Assembly (NCBI RefSeq): GCF_000143415.4
Contig: NW_003314307.1
Location: forward strand, 1,096,952-1,160,951
DNA length: 64,000 bases
Source of the DNA: Selaginella moellendorffii
Taxonomy: Eukaryota > Plantae > Lycopodiophyta
Direction of reading: 5' to 3'
Numbering within the stretch: position 1 is the first letter of the stretch; each line of letters opens with the position of its first letter. Positions 10,171-22,539 of this stretch are shown one piece after another. Made by a program: the position numbers and the translations under genes. Under the pieces are notes generated by a model that had not been told where the DNA came from, made no database searches, and worked only from the letters and a program-made list of their open reading frames with translations.

Positions 10171-13100
10171 GTTAGGAGCAAGATCAGATTAGAGTTCTCT
10201 CGTGGATGGGCTGAGATTTGGAGGAACATCAAAAGGAGGCATTGGTGGATCTGTAGGTGGTGCCAATTATTCCTGATCCTTTTATATGAAGCATTACAGC
10301 CATTGCACATGCACAATTTCTAAAGGGTCAACTTGCTAAACATTATGTTGAACTTCATAAATTTGCAGTCCAACTTGCCGCAATACTTGATATGGTCCTT
10401 TCCACTGAGTAAGGAGCCCTTTAGATAAACCATGTACTGTAAGATGGGTAAAACAGACTAACACCAAGTCATCCATTTTGTACTCTGTAGGTGGACAATG
10501 ATGGAAGTTTTAGCACCATTGTTGTCCCACTTGTACGTGGTCTAAGTGTTTGGCAGACTTTGCTTGGATAAGTGGAAGAATGTTCGTCAAGTACTAATCC
10601 CACGACTTAGCATCGGCATCTCAAGGCAATCATGAAGGTAAATCCAGTTCCATTGGTAATATTGGATCATGACCATATAAGAGTTTATATGGTGAAGCAC
10701 TAACAAAACTTTGCACCCCTGTAATATATACATACTAAAAAAACGGCAAATAACCATTCCAATCCGAATGCCAAAAGTTCATGTACTTCATGATCATTCC
10801 TTTGAATATCCAAACAAGCCATTACACCAAACTGTCTAATTAAGGATGATAAGCACTTGTGAAAGTGTGGTGTATCCCCAACCAAAACGTTAAAACATGA
10901 AATGCCTCAACCATAAATGCGGGACCATTATCCAAAGAATTTTCTCCAAACAAGAATGTTGGAACACCACTCAATTGAGAAGGAAATATCTAACAGCAAT
11001 TATAGAGGCACTAACAAAAGCACCAACTTCCACCCAATGAGTCAAATAGTCAGAAGTAATAATAACATATTCATTGCTGACAGTCGATTGTGGAAAAGGT
11101 CCCATAATATCAAATGCCACCAACTCAAATAGATGGGAATTTGCAATTGACTCAAACTGTCCTTTTGCGGCACAAAAGGGAGTATTATGAGTTTGGCACA
11201 AAACGTAGCTACGCATATACCAGATAACATCATGTTGCATCTCCGGCTAATAGAAAAACCTGCGAAGCTTCTCAGTCATGCAACGATGTCCCATATGCCC
11301 ACTTAGAACAGAAAAATCATAATAGGCATAGAGAAACTGTGGAATAAAGAAGGAAGGCACCACTAGCTATAAAGGATCATAAAGATCCCTCCCCACAAAA
11401 TAAAGAAGGATGTCTTTAAGGCGATATTAAAAATGTAAATGTCGAAATGGAAAGTCATTAGCAATTGATATAGAATTCTCAAACCCACATGAAAGCCTTC
11501 AAATCCATGACTCAATCTTTTGAGTCTCGCAAACCTCATCAAAAGAAGGTAGATCTTGCTCTGCATCTTGTGGACACTGAACATCAAGTACAGCAACTGC
11601 AAATAGTATAGAGTCCTCGTCTAGAAAATCCACAAATGTTGGAACAATAGACTTGTCAAAAACATAAGAAAAGAGTGAAGAAGAAAGAGGAGCTCAAGAA
11701 AGGGCATCAGCATCAACCATAAAACTCCCCGAGCAATGAACAACATCAAAATCATATATTTAAAGCTTCAAAGCCCACCAAGCAATATGACCAACTAAAT
11801 TCTTCCGCTTTAATAATAAAGTAACGGCAGTATGATCACCTTCAAGTAACGTTCAAGAACCATGTAAATATGCATGAAGTTTCTCAAAACCCTAGACTGC
11901 TGCTAGACACTCATTTTCAGTTGTGGAGTAGTTCACCTCCGTTAGTTGTAATGTACGACTTCTATACACAATGGGATGGCACTAACTAGGCACATTCAGG
12001 CTCTCTTACATCAACACAACTCCGAGATCAATATTAGAAGCATCTACGCACAAAATGAAAGGTTGAATGTATGCCAAAACTGGAGGAGTCATCAATAGCT
12101 CTTTGAAATCCATGCACGCCCGCTCACAATCCGAAGACTAAATGAAAGATGATGTTGATGACTTCAACAACACTCGCAATAGTGCAATGCAATCAGAAAG
12201 ATGATCCACAAAACGACCGAGATACTACACCTTGCCCCCAGAAAACACTGCACATCATTTACACACTTCAGAGTAGGGAACTTTAGAATAGCCATAAGTT
12301 TATCAAGATCAACTTGCAAACCCTCATGAGAAATACGGTACCCAAGATAAGTCGTGTCCTTGGACCCAAATACGCACTTCGACCGCTTCAGCTTTAAACC
12401 AATACTCTATAGCCGATCTAACACTTTACAAACATCACAGACGTGTTCCTCCCATCCATGTCCCCTTTGAGTGGATCAAAACATCATCAATGAAATTAAC
12501 AGTCACCTCTAGAACCTTGTCTATTATCCACTGGAAAGTTGCTAAAGCATTGTTTAAACAAAACAACATCACCAAGAACTCGTATAAATCAAGCAGTGTA
12601 TGAAAAATAGTCTTAGGAATATTTTCTTCAACCATCGGTACTTGCCAATACCCAGAAGCAAGATCAAGCTTGGTGAACCAATGACTTGATCTAAGAGATC
12701 AATAGTGTGAGAAAGAGGGTACATATCTGGGATTGTCACTTCGTTTAATGGATGATAGTCGATGCAGAATGAATACTCCTATCATGTTTCATCACAAGAT
12801 GAGGTTCATATGCCCAAGGACTCTACAACTTTTGAATAACACTCTTTTCCAACATCTCCTTGATATTTGCACGTAAAATCTTAATCTCTTTGGGTGACTA
12901 ACGATGAATAGGAACCTTGATTGGATGAGTATCCTCAATTAGAATCGGATGACGTATAGCAATCTTGGTCCCAGACGATAGGTCAAATTCAAAGAGATCA
13001 ACATACTTCTTCATAAGTTGGTCAACTGCTGTAACATAAAGACTATCGAAGGGATTAGAAAAGGGAAGAGTGGAATAAAACAGAAATATAGGAGGAAATA

Positions 13101-14893
13101 GTGGGGAGACAAAAGTAATAGAAGCAAAGGTAGAAGCAGAGGGACGAAGAAGTACAGAAGTGAGAGAAATGAATAAAATATAAAAAAGTATAAAACAAAA
13201 GGGAAAAGCCTCAAAGTCACACTTAGCATGATTGCATTGCAACCAATCCATACCAAGGAGGAGGTCAAAAGCTTGACTCAGCACCACTCGCAATGACTGC
13301 AACCCAATTTCAAGATCGCCTATACGCATAATTAGGTACGCTTCATCCCATGCACATGTATGTGTACAGCCGTTGCCATAAAAAATTAAAACTTTGCTGC
13401 ATAATGCAAGTGTAGACAGCAACATGTGGTAACAGGTTGAGCAATATAAGATAAGCTTGAACCTATATCAACTAACACGAAGAGAATAAAATGAGATCTC
13501 TTATAATAAAAACAAGTAAACACTAGATGAACTGGTGCCAAGTGAACCTCTTGATGATACTCCCAAAAAAAAGATGGAGGGGTCATTGACTTATTTTTAC
13601 AAAGTCCCTCTGTTATTCGTGCGACATCTTGTTTCCCAGATGTATCTCGATGTTTAAACCTTCCATTATAGCAACACCAATAGGACATTGTTGAAGCCAA
13701 GGTTTCCACCCAGGAAATGGAGGTTGTCAATCTGGAAAACACTGACAATGCTGATAAGTGTGACCAACTTCATCACATGCCCAAGAGTGAACATCCGGCC
13801 ATGACCACGTCCTCATCCTCGTCCTTGGACTCAAGTAATAGTAGCATCAACCTCCATTGGCATAGGACATCACCAAGAGGAAGTGGAGCTGAAAGACATG
13901 CAATGAGAAGTGGAAGATGCAACATCTCATAATGTTGTGCCAAGTTAAGAGCACCGTCAAGAATGGCTGGAGCAAGTGCATGCACAAGTCCGACAAAATC
14001 TTAACAAAGTGTTGACCACAACATTCCTAGTTTGATCCGTCTGACATATTTGGCTCCACACAAAGCAAGAGGCTTTGGAAACGAACACCAAATTGCATCA
14101 TTGACTCAGATGGCCCTTGACAAAGATGATACAATTGTTGGAAAGCATCATCACAATTATTAACATATTCAAATGTGTGTTTGAAGATGTTCGGGAGAAC
14201 ACTCCAATCCCCACAAGTGGCTGCGCTCAAACCATTGTACCACTGTAGATCCGTCACTTGGAGACACGTGGGAAACTCACGCAAATGTCGAGCATCATCC
14301 CAAGAATGATATGTGGCAATCACCGTGAAGTGATTGAACCAATAATACACATCATCCCCAGGAATTCCACGAAAGAACTTCTGCCGAACGCGAGGTTTGG
14401 CAACAAAAGCAAGAGAAGTTGTACCATGTGCCATGAATGCCGCCATCAACTGAATTTAGTTGTTCAAATGTAATCACATAACATCAAGCAATTGCACCAA
14501 CTATTGCTCTAGAGTCAAAGGAGGAGGAGGAGATTGTTGCTCTGTCATGAAGATGAATGAAAAAAAGAAAGAGCAAAAGAAGAAAAATAGAAAAAATTTA
14601 GAAAGAAAGGAAAATCTAAATAATGTAAAAGCTAGATCTAAACCAAAAAACAAAAGAACAAAAGAAAGAAAATGGAAAAAACTAGATATAAACCAAAATC
14701 CCACACTCCTCAGGGACAATCAAAGGTGCCCCTCAACTCCATTAATGTGAGTGCATGGAATATAGAAAGGGAATATAAAAAATGTATATCAATTAATCCA
14801 AAAACTGTTTATATACAAAAGTGAGTGGTTTGGATTGAAACCAATCCGACAGCTACCAAAATCCCATTCGTAGCCATACACTTGGACTTCACA
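10171..14893 (-). mobile_element. Degenerate Ty3/gypsy LTR retrotransposon, copy A (5' LTR 14746-14893, gag-PR-RT-RH-INT, 3' LTR missing)
   Basis: Gag 14027-14449; protease 'LVDIGSSLSYI'; RT 'LDLASGYWQVPM...NFIDDVLIHS'; RNase H 'DASNIDLGVVL...NYSTTENECLA'; integrase 'FELVAFDIMGPFPQS'. The 148-bp LTR is bounded TG...CA and followed by PBS-like TAATGGAGTTGAGGGG. Collinear paralog at 45800-50361. Confidence 0.9.
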
Positions 14894-15199
14894 TCTTCAA
14901 TTTAGATTTCATTTTTAAGACTTCTACTTGACTTGATTTCTATTGAGTTGAACTCAACTCAAGTTTAGACCACTCCCAATCATCAAAGGACAAAGTGGAT
15001 GCTAAAGTGCAAATTCTTCCCCCATCAAAGTGAACAAAGACAGGAAGACATCAAATGGGTGGCTAAGCATATTATGGATGTCTAAGGTATGCTGTCCACA
15101 TCTGGAGGGGTGGCATAGTTGTAGATCATAGAGACTTGTGTCAACCTGTGAAAACAAAAAGACATGTGCAGAGACAAGGAACTGTCTCACATATATGTG

Positions 15200-15830
15200 A
15201 AGATGGAATGTGGGCATAACCACTATCTCTCTACTATCTAACAACCTGACCATTGATAAGATTCTTCAACTTGCACCACAAGTACAGAGATGTGATCCAC
15301 TACCAAATGTTGGAGTGCTGATTACCACAGCAGTTGACTTCGTGGATGAAGTAATGGCCATCACGCATCAGGAACACCAATGTATGGAACATGATAATGG
15401 ATGGAGGATCAGGTGTTTGCACCATGACAATGGACCTCTTCAAACGTCTAGTTCCGAGGATTAGAAGCAGCACCCTTCATGGTTTGCATGACGGATCAGA
15501 ACCGGGTCAAACCCAGGGGAATCAGACATCTGATACTGGTGATCATAGCAGGTTGTACCTTCCTATTGAACTTCATCATTCTGGATATGGCGGAAGATGG
15601 AGGGTATGAGATGCTGTATGGTCAGTACCTCTGCACGCAGTATAGACCCACCTCCACCAGCACCTAAGGAAGCTGAAGTTTATGACTTTTTGCAAGACAA
15701 GGAGGAGACAATGTTCCTGGATACCATACAGGAACTCGGGATATCAACATACGGCAGGAACTTCATCAGTTGGCAAACACCAATACACCTCATGCAGGAG
15801 CCAACCTCAGCAAGCATCCGGTTGTTTTAA
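15200..15830 (+). mobile_element. Retrotransposon aspartic-protease fragment (different family)
   Basis: Frameshifted pieces 'IMDGGSGVCTM' and 'MTDQNRVKPRGIRHLILVIIAGCTFLLNFIILDMAEDGGYEML' resemble gypsy retropepsin. Confidence 0.6.
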
Positions 15831-16055
15831 ATTAGCAGGAAAACAGGAACCAGGCTGGACGCTCACTTCAGTTTCTTCTCAAAAGGTATAGTATGAGAGA
15901 CTTCCATATCTTGGGCATTTGCCACTTGACTGCTTGGTCGGTTATGGAATATAACCAAACGGCTGAGTCAAATTCGATGATTAACCAGCCAAAAGAGGCA
16001 AGGACCTGCCAGTTATGAGGAAGTACTTGGCACAGTGCCTTTATTGCTAACAACT

Positions 16056-17421
16056 CTACTCAGCTGTGACAACATTAAGGTCCAGTCTTCTTTTGAAATC
16101 CTCAATGTGAGAAAGCCAAGCCCTCTGTTCATGGCTGTTTGCAACGCCTCTTAGAACTCCAAGGTGTCGTGCCTGAATGAGATATATGAGACAGGCACCT
16201 TTATCAAACACACTTTTCACTTACCAGCCAACGCTCAAAAACACGCAACGTCCATTCCAGTAACTATGTGACGGCAATGGCAAAGTGCCTAGAACTACAG
16301 ACAAGTATTGGAAAACAAAGGTTGGATTATCTGTTGAAGTCGCCAGATCGTAATTTGCCGGCTGTCAAAAATACCTCATTAGAGAACACAGAAAAAGAGA
16401 AAAGCAACGTTACTTTTAGAGGTGCCCCGTGCCCCGGTTTTAAAAGGAACTGTAATAAAAAGAAAAAAAATTCATCAAGAGCCAATTCAAACGACAAACT
16501 TACTATCGGAGCTCCAGATGATCCAGAGGGCGAAGAAAGAGAGGTTGCCACCATTGTAGAATTGTAATCGACGACCCTGCCTACACTGAGAATGGAGTCA
16601 CCGTCTACGAAACCACAAAACGACTCTTTTAGTGCACTCTCGATACTGAGTGCGAGTCTTTTGGTTTAGGATTAAACTCGATTTTGAACTGCCGGAGATC
16701 CTGATCGTGTTTCGCCAATAAAAGTCCAAGGATATGAGATGACTGTCCAGACGTTTAGAGCCCACCTCCGGTACTCGTCTTCAACGAGAAAGGAGTACGT
16801 TTTCAATAATGCCCACTTTTCCTGTTCCTCTCCACTCTCTAGCACTTTTCTGATAACAGAAGAACCTGAAAGCAAAAATAAGAAACTAAGCCATTATCAC
16901 ACAACTTACAGGGGTAGTTGACCATGTCGCAGACAGCATTCTTTGCATCCCAAAGAACAAGGCAACCAGAAAGTCGCAAACCTTCGAGATGTTGCAGGCC
17001 TTCGGCAGTCTCCAAATTCATCATCTTTGGTGATGTCCCAGAATCCCGCATCTGCATTCTCCAAGTACGCCTCCCCGTTTCCAGCGTGAATGACATCCAG
17101 TACAGGATCTACGGTTTTCACGTCAGCGACCACTAGAAGTTCCTTGAATTCCAAAAGCGCCCTGGGCATCGCAGCTTTCGACAGCATTTCTGGCCTGAAA
17201 GTTGTGACCAAGGCAGCCCGCCATCGCGTCATCACGTTGCCTTTCTCGTCTTTGATCATGTGTCGAGCACTGACCACATAGGTGGAGCTCAAAGGAAAGA
17301 AAACTCCCGGCACCAGCTTATCCTCCTTTCCGCGGGCATCCATCCTGATAGCAATGGGGTTCCTTTCCATTATAGCCTGCCCTGCGACCATGAGATGCCT
17401 GGGAAACGATGATGCACACAA
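16056..17421 (-). pseudogene. Multi-exon trypsin-like (PA clan) serine peptidase pseudogene
   Basis: His motif 'YVVSARHMI' and Ser motif 'SPSGSSGAPI'. Short GT-AG introns (e.g. 16866-16909). Last exon ends ...LDLNVVTAE* at 16056. Frameshifts and internal stops present. Confidence 0.55.
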
Positions 17422-17639
17422 TGTCCTCCTGTTTTGAGGAGCTGAGACGGGACTTTATGCAACGCACTCAAGGTACTTTGCTTTTGTCATCCAAAAGGTT
17501 TAAAACTCTACTCTCTGCCAGGAAGTTTTCCTAAGCCCTTCCACGGATTTTATTTCCAACTCCGTAAAAAAGAGGTCTTGCAGAAGTCTGAACTCATTTT
17601 TATGTCCAAAGGTTTCTAATCTAAAATCTATTTAGTACC

Positions 17640-19261
17640 TGAGCATTGTAAGGTGCTATGATTCCAATTCCTGTGCATCCGCCTTCAATATCACCATCTG
17701 AAACAAAAGCTTTCATGGCCCTTAGAAGATTGTGACTTTTAGAGAGAAGTGGAGTGCCCCTATTTCATTCTCCCATGAACTATCATGCCACATAAGCTCT
17801 TTGCCATTAAAACAATTCACAAAAGTTACTCATGTTATTTTCGTCTTGGCATGACACTAGAGCCACCTCAAGCTCCCGTTTAAGCTCTAGCAACTTTGGA
17901 GTGTTATAGCTGCCATTCTCTGGAAAGAAAAGAGAAAACATTGAAATAACATTATCAAACAGGGAAAGGCACACCAAAACATGATAATGATCTATTGGTT
18001 CTTTCAAAATTATTTAGCTCTCAGGCATGTCTCCAACCTTTGTAAAATGGCTTCCACCAAAACTCAGAGCTGGAGACGCCTTTGATTGGCTTATGCTCGT
18101 CTTCAGTACATGCATCTGAAAGCTTCCACATCAATACAAGTCACAGTCTCAAAAAAGAAATAAAAAAAACAACAAATGTATTTTCCCTTGTAGCCACCAA
18201 AGGCTATTAATGTTTCTTTGCCATTCAAACATGTGGAGACAAGACTCAATCCCTAGATGGGACAGAAAATGAAGAATGGAATCATAATCAAAATGCATAC
18301 CTCGCATATGATATATGTCTGTGGCACAGAAGTTAGAAGTGACCAGTCAAGCATTTTCATGTTCAGGACAATTGTTTTCGAAATCCCTAGTACAGAACAT
18401 GGTACAGGAGAAGTCGGAACAAACATAAAATGGACGATACACTTACCAGATTTATTGTACCTTCCACCAACAATGTACCATAAATCAGCTAGAATGGCCT
18501 GCATGAGGCGTGAATGTACACTCAGTCTCTTTATGGGACCATTCCAATCGAAGTCACAAATCCATAAGGTCAAAGGAGAAATGCATCAAGCCTACCTTTT
18601 TCAAGTTCAACACATGCAAGTCACTGAAGCAGCTGGAATGTGAGCCACCCCCAAATATGTACAGGTAGTAACTAGCATAGACTGCTGCAGCATGGTTGGC
18701 ATGAGGAGATGGAGGCGGTCCTTTGAAAGTGAAGGATATAACAAAAGATATAAACAAGCCAGACCAAAGGACTTACATTGCATTGACAGTTTCCCATATC
18801 ATTGTTTCCAGATCAAAGATGTTGAGATCATAGTCTTCTCCACCATACATGACTAGGTTGGATTCGATCAGACTGGCCCCTTCTCACAATCTGAGCACCA
18901 CAAACAGCAAATGAATCTTATGTTCGTGATATAGTATGTCACACATACTGGAGCTTGTCCATACGTTGGAAATAATGATCAAGTGAAAGTCTCCGTATAA
19001 AAACCATGAACTGGAAATAGAGAGCATTGAAGTGAGATGGATCTCAAAGTTCCTCTGCATTACATTAACCTGCAACAGAGTTGGGGGGTTTTCTGAGTGG
19101 CCACCCACAGCAAACAGCATCCTGTTCTTCCGAATATGAAAACACTCGGGAATATTATAAAATGAAAGTATAAAGCTAAGGCTATGATTGGCACAGGGCG
19201 ACAAAGTCTTGGACAAGAACAAAGGAGACGTTGGGAGCTTTTTCTCCAGGTGAGTGCTCAT
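17640..19261 (-). pseudogene. ACBP4/5-like kelch-repeat gene fragment (spliced, disrupted)
   Basis: Exon pieces 'LSPCANHSL', 'LFAVGGHSENP', 'GPPPSPHANHAAAVYASYYLYIFGGGSHSSCFSDLHVLNL', 'WYIVGGRYNKS' and 'GLSLVSTCLNGKETLIAFGGY' match ACBP4-type kelch blades. Introns are retained, the frame is broken and no ACB domain is visible. Confidence 0.75.
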
Positions 19262-20597
19262 AGATTGTCAAAGGTGCAACATCAGTTATTAAAGAGAAAA
19301 AAGCTACATACCTGGACATCGTTTTAAGTACCGGCCATTGTTTCAGATGAGCATTCACAGCTAGATCATCGTCTATCTGATCACACATGAGAGCTGTGAC
19401 TTTTTCGTAGTACTTGTCTTTCTGGCTTTGCCAAATGCGCTCTTTTGCACCAGTGTCACTGCAAAGCGAAATCAACAGTGAGTGAAGCCGTCCGACTTGC
19501 ATGGTGAGAAGATCAAGGAACGGTATCTTTCCTTCCAGAGTTGCCCCGTTTCAAGAAGTAGATTCCTGTTACCATCACTCGTCTTTACTTGAGCCCGAAC
19601 AAGGTTCTCCGTAACACCGGAGAGCCGGGGTCTGAGTCGACGATCTATCAAACAGCACACGAGGTTCTGTGTTTGGTACACCAGGAGCAACCATCCATGT
19701 CCTGGTCTACCACGATTCATAAATCAGAGCCAATGAATTGCTACCCCTGCCAGCCAAGAACACACATCAGAAACGACTTTTACTGCACGAGGAGAAGAGA
19801 AAGCCATGGATGAGCATTCCAACTCTCAGCTGAGAGAAACTCAATGCACAGAAGACCTGTTCTTTAGATACAGCACTGCCTGCTGCTTGATCTCATGAGA
19901 TATGACAGGGTTGCCATTGCCTTCACAAGAAACGATGGTCCCGGGGCTGAGATAACCTACAAAGAACTTGTTCAAATCTTGCTGTAACTGAAAAAAAACT
20001 TTAGAATTTACAAACCTCCAAACTTAAGTAGCCTTGTTTTATTGTCCAGAAAGATATTCTAAGCACAAAAAAGGGGTATCTCTTAACAGGTGTCTTTGGT
20101 AAAATCTTGGACAGGAGATGATACTTCTTACAGAGGAGGGGGGGGGGGGGGATCTTTTGCCATAGAAATAATGAGATTTTGAGGACCATGCTGCTGCTTT
20201 CACTCGGACCAAATTACCTGGAACGAATGCACTCGTGGCTGCCACATTGGATCGCGCTACTGACGGCAATGTGATGCTCCTTGCAATTGCGGCACCAGGC
20301 AAGATTGGATAGGCAGCAGCCCTCACAGCAGGCTCTAGAAACAAGCAAATAAAAAGATTTTGGGAGATTCCAAAGGACTCCATACCTGGATTTAATTGGT
20401 GCACTGCTGCCTCGCCTTGCTGATCATGTCGCCTAGTGCGTCGCATTATGCCTGGTCATGTTACGCCTAGCTTGCCGCCCATCCTAGAGTTTATATGGCA
20501 AATAATGTGGGACATTACTTACCACATAAGCCTAGCTTGCAATGAATTTTTTTCATTGTATAACCTTTACTAGCGATTCATACATATTCTGATTTCT

Positions 20598-20870
20598 CTA
20601 GTATGTGCAGCACAGAGTAGCTTTAGGCTCAAGGCTACCTTGAGTAGAGTAGGATACACTAGGGTGATTGGATCATGTCCAAGGACTTGTATTCAAACAC
20701 TTACCTGAAAGTTTTCCATGACAATACTCATAACACTTCAACATTCTTATGCAAGGAACTCTAGGTCCATAACGAAAGTGGCAACCTGTAGTATTGATCT
20801 GTTTCGCATCCTTTGGCACTAGTGCTGCTACAAAAGCAAGAACAGCGATTATTATTAAACAATTACACAC
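20598..20870 (-). CDS. Defensin-like cysteine-rich secreted peptide (coding status uncertain)
   Basis: Hydrophobic 'CLIIIAVLAFVAAL' then C-x9-C-x5-C-x3-C-x5-GKC, with a downstream 'LCCTY*'. No in-frame ATG (GTG start with TAG just upstream). A TGA at 20673 may lie in an intron starting at the GTAAGT near 20704. Confidence 0.5.
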
Positions 20871-21081
20871 CTAGTAAGCAAGCTTGTAGTCCTAGATTTG
20901 GATTTGCTAATGACGACACAAGAAGTTGTTTCTAAATGTAGGTCCCATGCTTCTTAAATGGTCACAAGTGGAAACCAATAAATGTAGCTGGATGGATATC
21001 CTAAAACATTATACTAATAAAGTATGTCTCATCATCATAATATAAATATTATATAAAGATTTTATAATTTTTCATGTAAGC

Positions 21082-22083
21082 ATGGGATCAAAATTGCTTC
21101 TTATTTACTTTTTGCTCATTTTAACATCATTTATAGTACTTGTATCAGCACCACCTCCTAATCCAGCTACCAATCCTAGTGTGATTTACATTAGAAATCC
21201 CTTTGTTGTCAATGCTAATATTTTTAGGCCTACTCTAAGACGCATTCTAACATATATTGCTTCAAATTTTCAAGATGGCCAAACTTATCCAACAACAGTA
21301 CGAACTTTAATCATTAATTTTAGAAGATCAATGATTAGGATGACTGTAAATCTATATATTTTAGCTCCTGGAATCATTGGACCAGAAAGTCTTGTATCAC
21401 ATACTTGCACAATTGATCCAACGAGTCCATTTGGTTATGAAGGTCGTGAAATCAGAACAATTTTTCGAAGTATAGTAGCATCTATTTATGAAAATGCTAG
21501 ATCAGATTCCTATGACATATCTTTCTGTGCAGAAATTCGAGTTGTATTTCTAAATCTTATTATTGACTATACCTTCTCTGCAATACTTCCCGATGATTCA
21601 TTAATGCATATAAATTATATTGAAAAACCAATATCTAAATATTCAATAAAGCAGGTAATTCCTTTGCAAATAAAGGATGTCTATAATGAAAATTGTTGGG
21701 CATTTTCAACATTACTTGTTGGTCAGAAGGCTGATATAATTGGCTCATCAATCGATATTAATAATAGTATAACTTCAGGAAATAGGAAATTTAGATTAAC
21801 TTTAGGCAATGATTGCAAGCTAGTGCTATCTAGAATTGGGTATAACACTATCATTTGGAAAAGCAAACATGAATTCGCACCTGTTCAAAATTGTTATGCA
21901 CATTTGCAAAAGGATGGTAATTTTGTGATTAAGGAAAATAATGATAAAAGAGAAATTATTTATTGGTCTAGTGATATTTATTGCAAACCACAACCATGCA
22001 CAATCACAACCACACTAGTTATTACAAACTATGGTAATGTTATTATTTATTGGGAAGGAAGAGTCTTTTGGAAACCTTTTTAG
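21082..22083 (+). CDS. Secreted protein: unknown N-terminal domain plus C-terminal bulb-type (GNA-like) lectin domain
   Basis: Intact 333-aa intronless ORF with signal peptide MGSKLLLIYFLLILTSFIVLVSA. C-terminus 'SITSGNRKFRLTLGNDCKLVL...IIWKS...CYAHLQKDGNFVI...YWSS...LVITNYGNVIIY...VFW' fits a three-blade B-lectin. TATA box about 40 bp upstream. Confidence 0.85.
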   Translation: MGSKLLLIYFLLILTSFIVLVSAPPPNPATNPSVIYIRNPFVVNANIFRPTLRRILTYIASNFQDGQTYPTTVRTLIINFRRSMIRMTVNLYILAPGIIGPESLVSHTCTIDPTSPFGYEGREIRTIFRSIVASIYENARSDSYDISFCAEIRVVFLNLIIDYTFSAILPDDSLMHINYIEKPISKYSIKQVIPLQIKDVYNENCWAFSTLLVGQKADIIGSSIDINNSITSGNRKFRLTLGNDCKLVLSRIGYNTIIWKSKHEFAPVQNCYAHLQKDGNFVIKENNDKREIIYWSSDIYCKPQPCTITTTLVITNYGNVIIYWEGRVFWKPF

Positions 22084-22539
22084 ATTAGTAAATTAAAACT
22101 TATTACTTGAAAATTTGTATCGAATAAAATATTGTTAGATTCAAATAAAACCAAAGAGGAAAAAATACTTACAAGGTGACTATTTAATGATGAAATTTTT
22201 AGTTAATATCTCTTGTGGAATTTAAAGTATTCTCTCATAATTAATTTTCTGTGAGCAATAGGGTTATATAAGTATTGGAAAACTACTTTTGAGTTGTTTT
22301 CGTAGCTCTTAGTCTTGTGAAGCTAGATAACTCTTTTAGTTCTATTGTCTTGCACTAAAGGTTGTTGTTGATAAACATTCTAATAATGCACATCAATATT
22401 GTTAAGTAATCTTGGCACTGAGTGTTAACTAGATGTTTGCTTTATACTCCCACTAGATTCAAATCACTTACCTAATAACATCACTAACGACTTTATTTAT
22501 TGAGAATTTTCAAAACTAGTAAGGTTATCAACTTCATTC

